Positions 62,640-64,000 of a stretch of DNA of 64,000 bases are shown one piece after another. Source of the DNA: Piromyces finnis finn (lineage: Eukaryota; Fungi; Neocallimastigomycota); contig MCFH01000060.1 in assembly GCA_002104945.1 (NCBI GenBank), positions 186,001-250,000 on the forward strand, given 5' to 3'. Position 1 is the stretch's first letter. Each line of letters starts with the position of its first letter. The notes beneath the pieces are model-generated. The model had not been told where the DNA came from, did no database searches, and saw nothing but the letters and a program-made list of their open reading frames with translations. The position numbers were made by a program, and so were the translations under genes.

Positions 62640-63560
62640 AATAGATAGATCCGTTTAAATTTCTTTTTAATAATAAATAAGGTTTACTAAGAATATTTGA
62701 TTTTAATAGTTCTATGGATGTTTTACATGGATAATAATAAAGAATAAAAATGAGGATTTATATATTACACATAATGGATTGTATTGTTTAACAAATGCTC
62801 ATCTACCCGCAATTAATACTTTATTTATCTGATGTTTTTGATTCATGTGTAAATTTTTTAAGTTATCATCCAACAGAAACTGTTATGATGCATTTAAAAA
62901 ATGATGCCGTACCAAAAAATTTTGAAAAAAAAAAAAAGTGATAATTATAAAACAATAATGGAAAAAGTTGAAAACTGTATTAGTAAATATAAAGATTATT
63001 TTTATATTGATAATTTTATGCCAAAACTTGGTGATGTTAGAGGTAAAATTGGTATTCTTACACGTGAATAATATTTGGGACTTAAAATGCCAGTAAAAGA
63101 TATGGTGTGCATGACATGTTTATAATAATAAACAGAAAGATAATGATTATTGTCTTGTATATAAATCATTTAATTATTTAGTTTATAGGAATTAACACTA
63201 ATAAATATGAATCTTTAGAATGTAATTATATGATTCAAGATGCTTATAATTTAGATAGTCCTGAAAAATGGGATCTTATATATATATTTCATTAACAAAT
63301 AACTTACATTCTACTTGTGAAGTAAAAAAATCCAATCTTAGTTTAAATTTCATGAATGTAACGAGAATGGATCTTGATAATGGGTTTTGGAATGCTGTTG
63401 GAGATTTCTTTTTTTTGATACTGATATAGAAGAATCGGCAAATTATATAAATATTAGGTTTCATGTGAAATTGTATAAATAAAAGAATAATTAGTAATAA
63501 TTATTTCATATGGATTGATTTCATGAAAAAAAATATTTATTTAAGGAATAATAATGAATT
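62640..63560 (+). pseudogene. Bacterial-type phosphatidylinositol-specific phospholipase C (PI-PLC X domain) pseudogene
   Basis: Fragments in shifting frames: LYITHNGLYC, LSDVFDSCVNFLSYHPTETVMMHLKND, MPKLGDVRGKIGILTR, IQDAYNL...KW, LSLNFMNV, WIDF. There are multiple stops and frameshifts. Boundaries are approximate. Confidence 0.75.
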
Positions 63561-63671
63561 CTATAATTATATTCTATTTTATTTTATTCTATTTTATTAT
63601 ATTACATTTAAAAGTCTTAAAAAAAATATAGCAAAAGATGAAGATAACTTTTGTTTTATAACAATTAATAT

Positions 63672-63953
63672 TCATAAAATTCTTCTTCTTATGGTTTTAA
63701 TTATATTTTTGGATAACCTTTTTTTTTTAGAAAGGTTTTTGGGTTTTTTATCGCTTATTTTTAGAATGGATTTTATTTTTTTCAATACTTTTTTTATTAG
63801 AGTTTCTTTTTTATTTGTATCTTGACTTTTAGTAATAGCATAATTTGAAGAATTTTTAGTATTAAGAGTGTTATTTATATCATTATCATTATTTTCATCA
63901 TAGATAGATATAATATATTCATCCCTATTGATAGTATTTTCTGGTTTATCCAT
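63672..63953 (-). CDS. Short Asn/Lys-rich ORF of unknown status
   Basis: 93 codons from ATG with protein-like composition. It may be a fragment or the first part of a broken gene. Confidence 0.3.
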   Translation of the reverse strand: MDKPENTINRDEYIISIYDENNDNDINNTLNTKNSSNYAITKSQDTNKKETLIKKVLKKIKSILKISDKKPKNLSKKKRLSKNIIKTIRRRIL

Positions 63954-64000
63954 TTTGTTAGATTGATTGTTATTATACGATATGATATTGGTTTTGGTTT

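Overview
This window is extremely AT-rich eukaryotic nuclear DNA with short GT-AG introns and long homopolymer and microsatellite tracts. The gene mix (CotH kinase, bacterial-type CPBP protease and PI-PLC, centrosomal CEP95, an AT-AC minor intron) suggests an anaerobic gut fungus (Neocallimastigomycota); this is inference. Intron-rich conserved genes are CotH, WDR25, CEP95, RAD23, a C2H2 transcription factor and NAPE-PLD. They are interleaved with intronless, recently duplicated or decaying accessory loci. These loci are: the 3' half of a LINE plus two short retrotransposed copies of its tail with target-site duplications; a 7-kb inverted duplication of an unknown gene whose copies carry different central cassettes and end in a hairpin; a uracil-DNA-glycosylase-fold protein with rewritten catalytic motifs; a secreted repeat protein with a Cys-rich tip; four Pro/Gly/Tyr/Gln-rich paralogs; and a tandem cluster of non-canonical Hsp70s. 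The Hsp70s have nearly identical ATPase domains but divergent substrate-binding halves, and one carries about six tandem lid-like repeats. All family assignments are by eye from motifs, and no database search was run.
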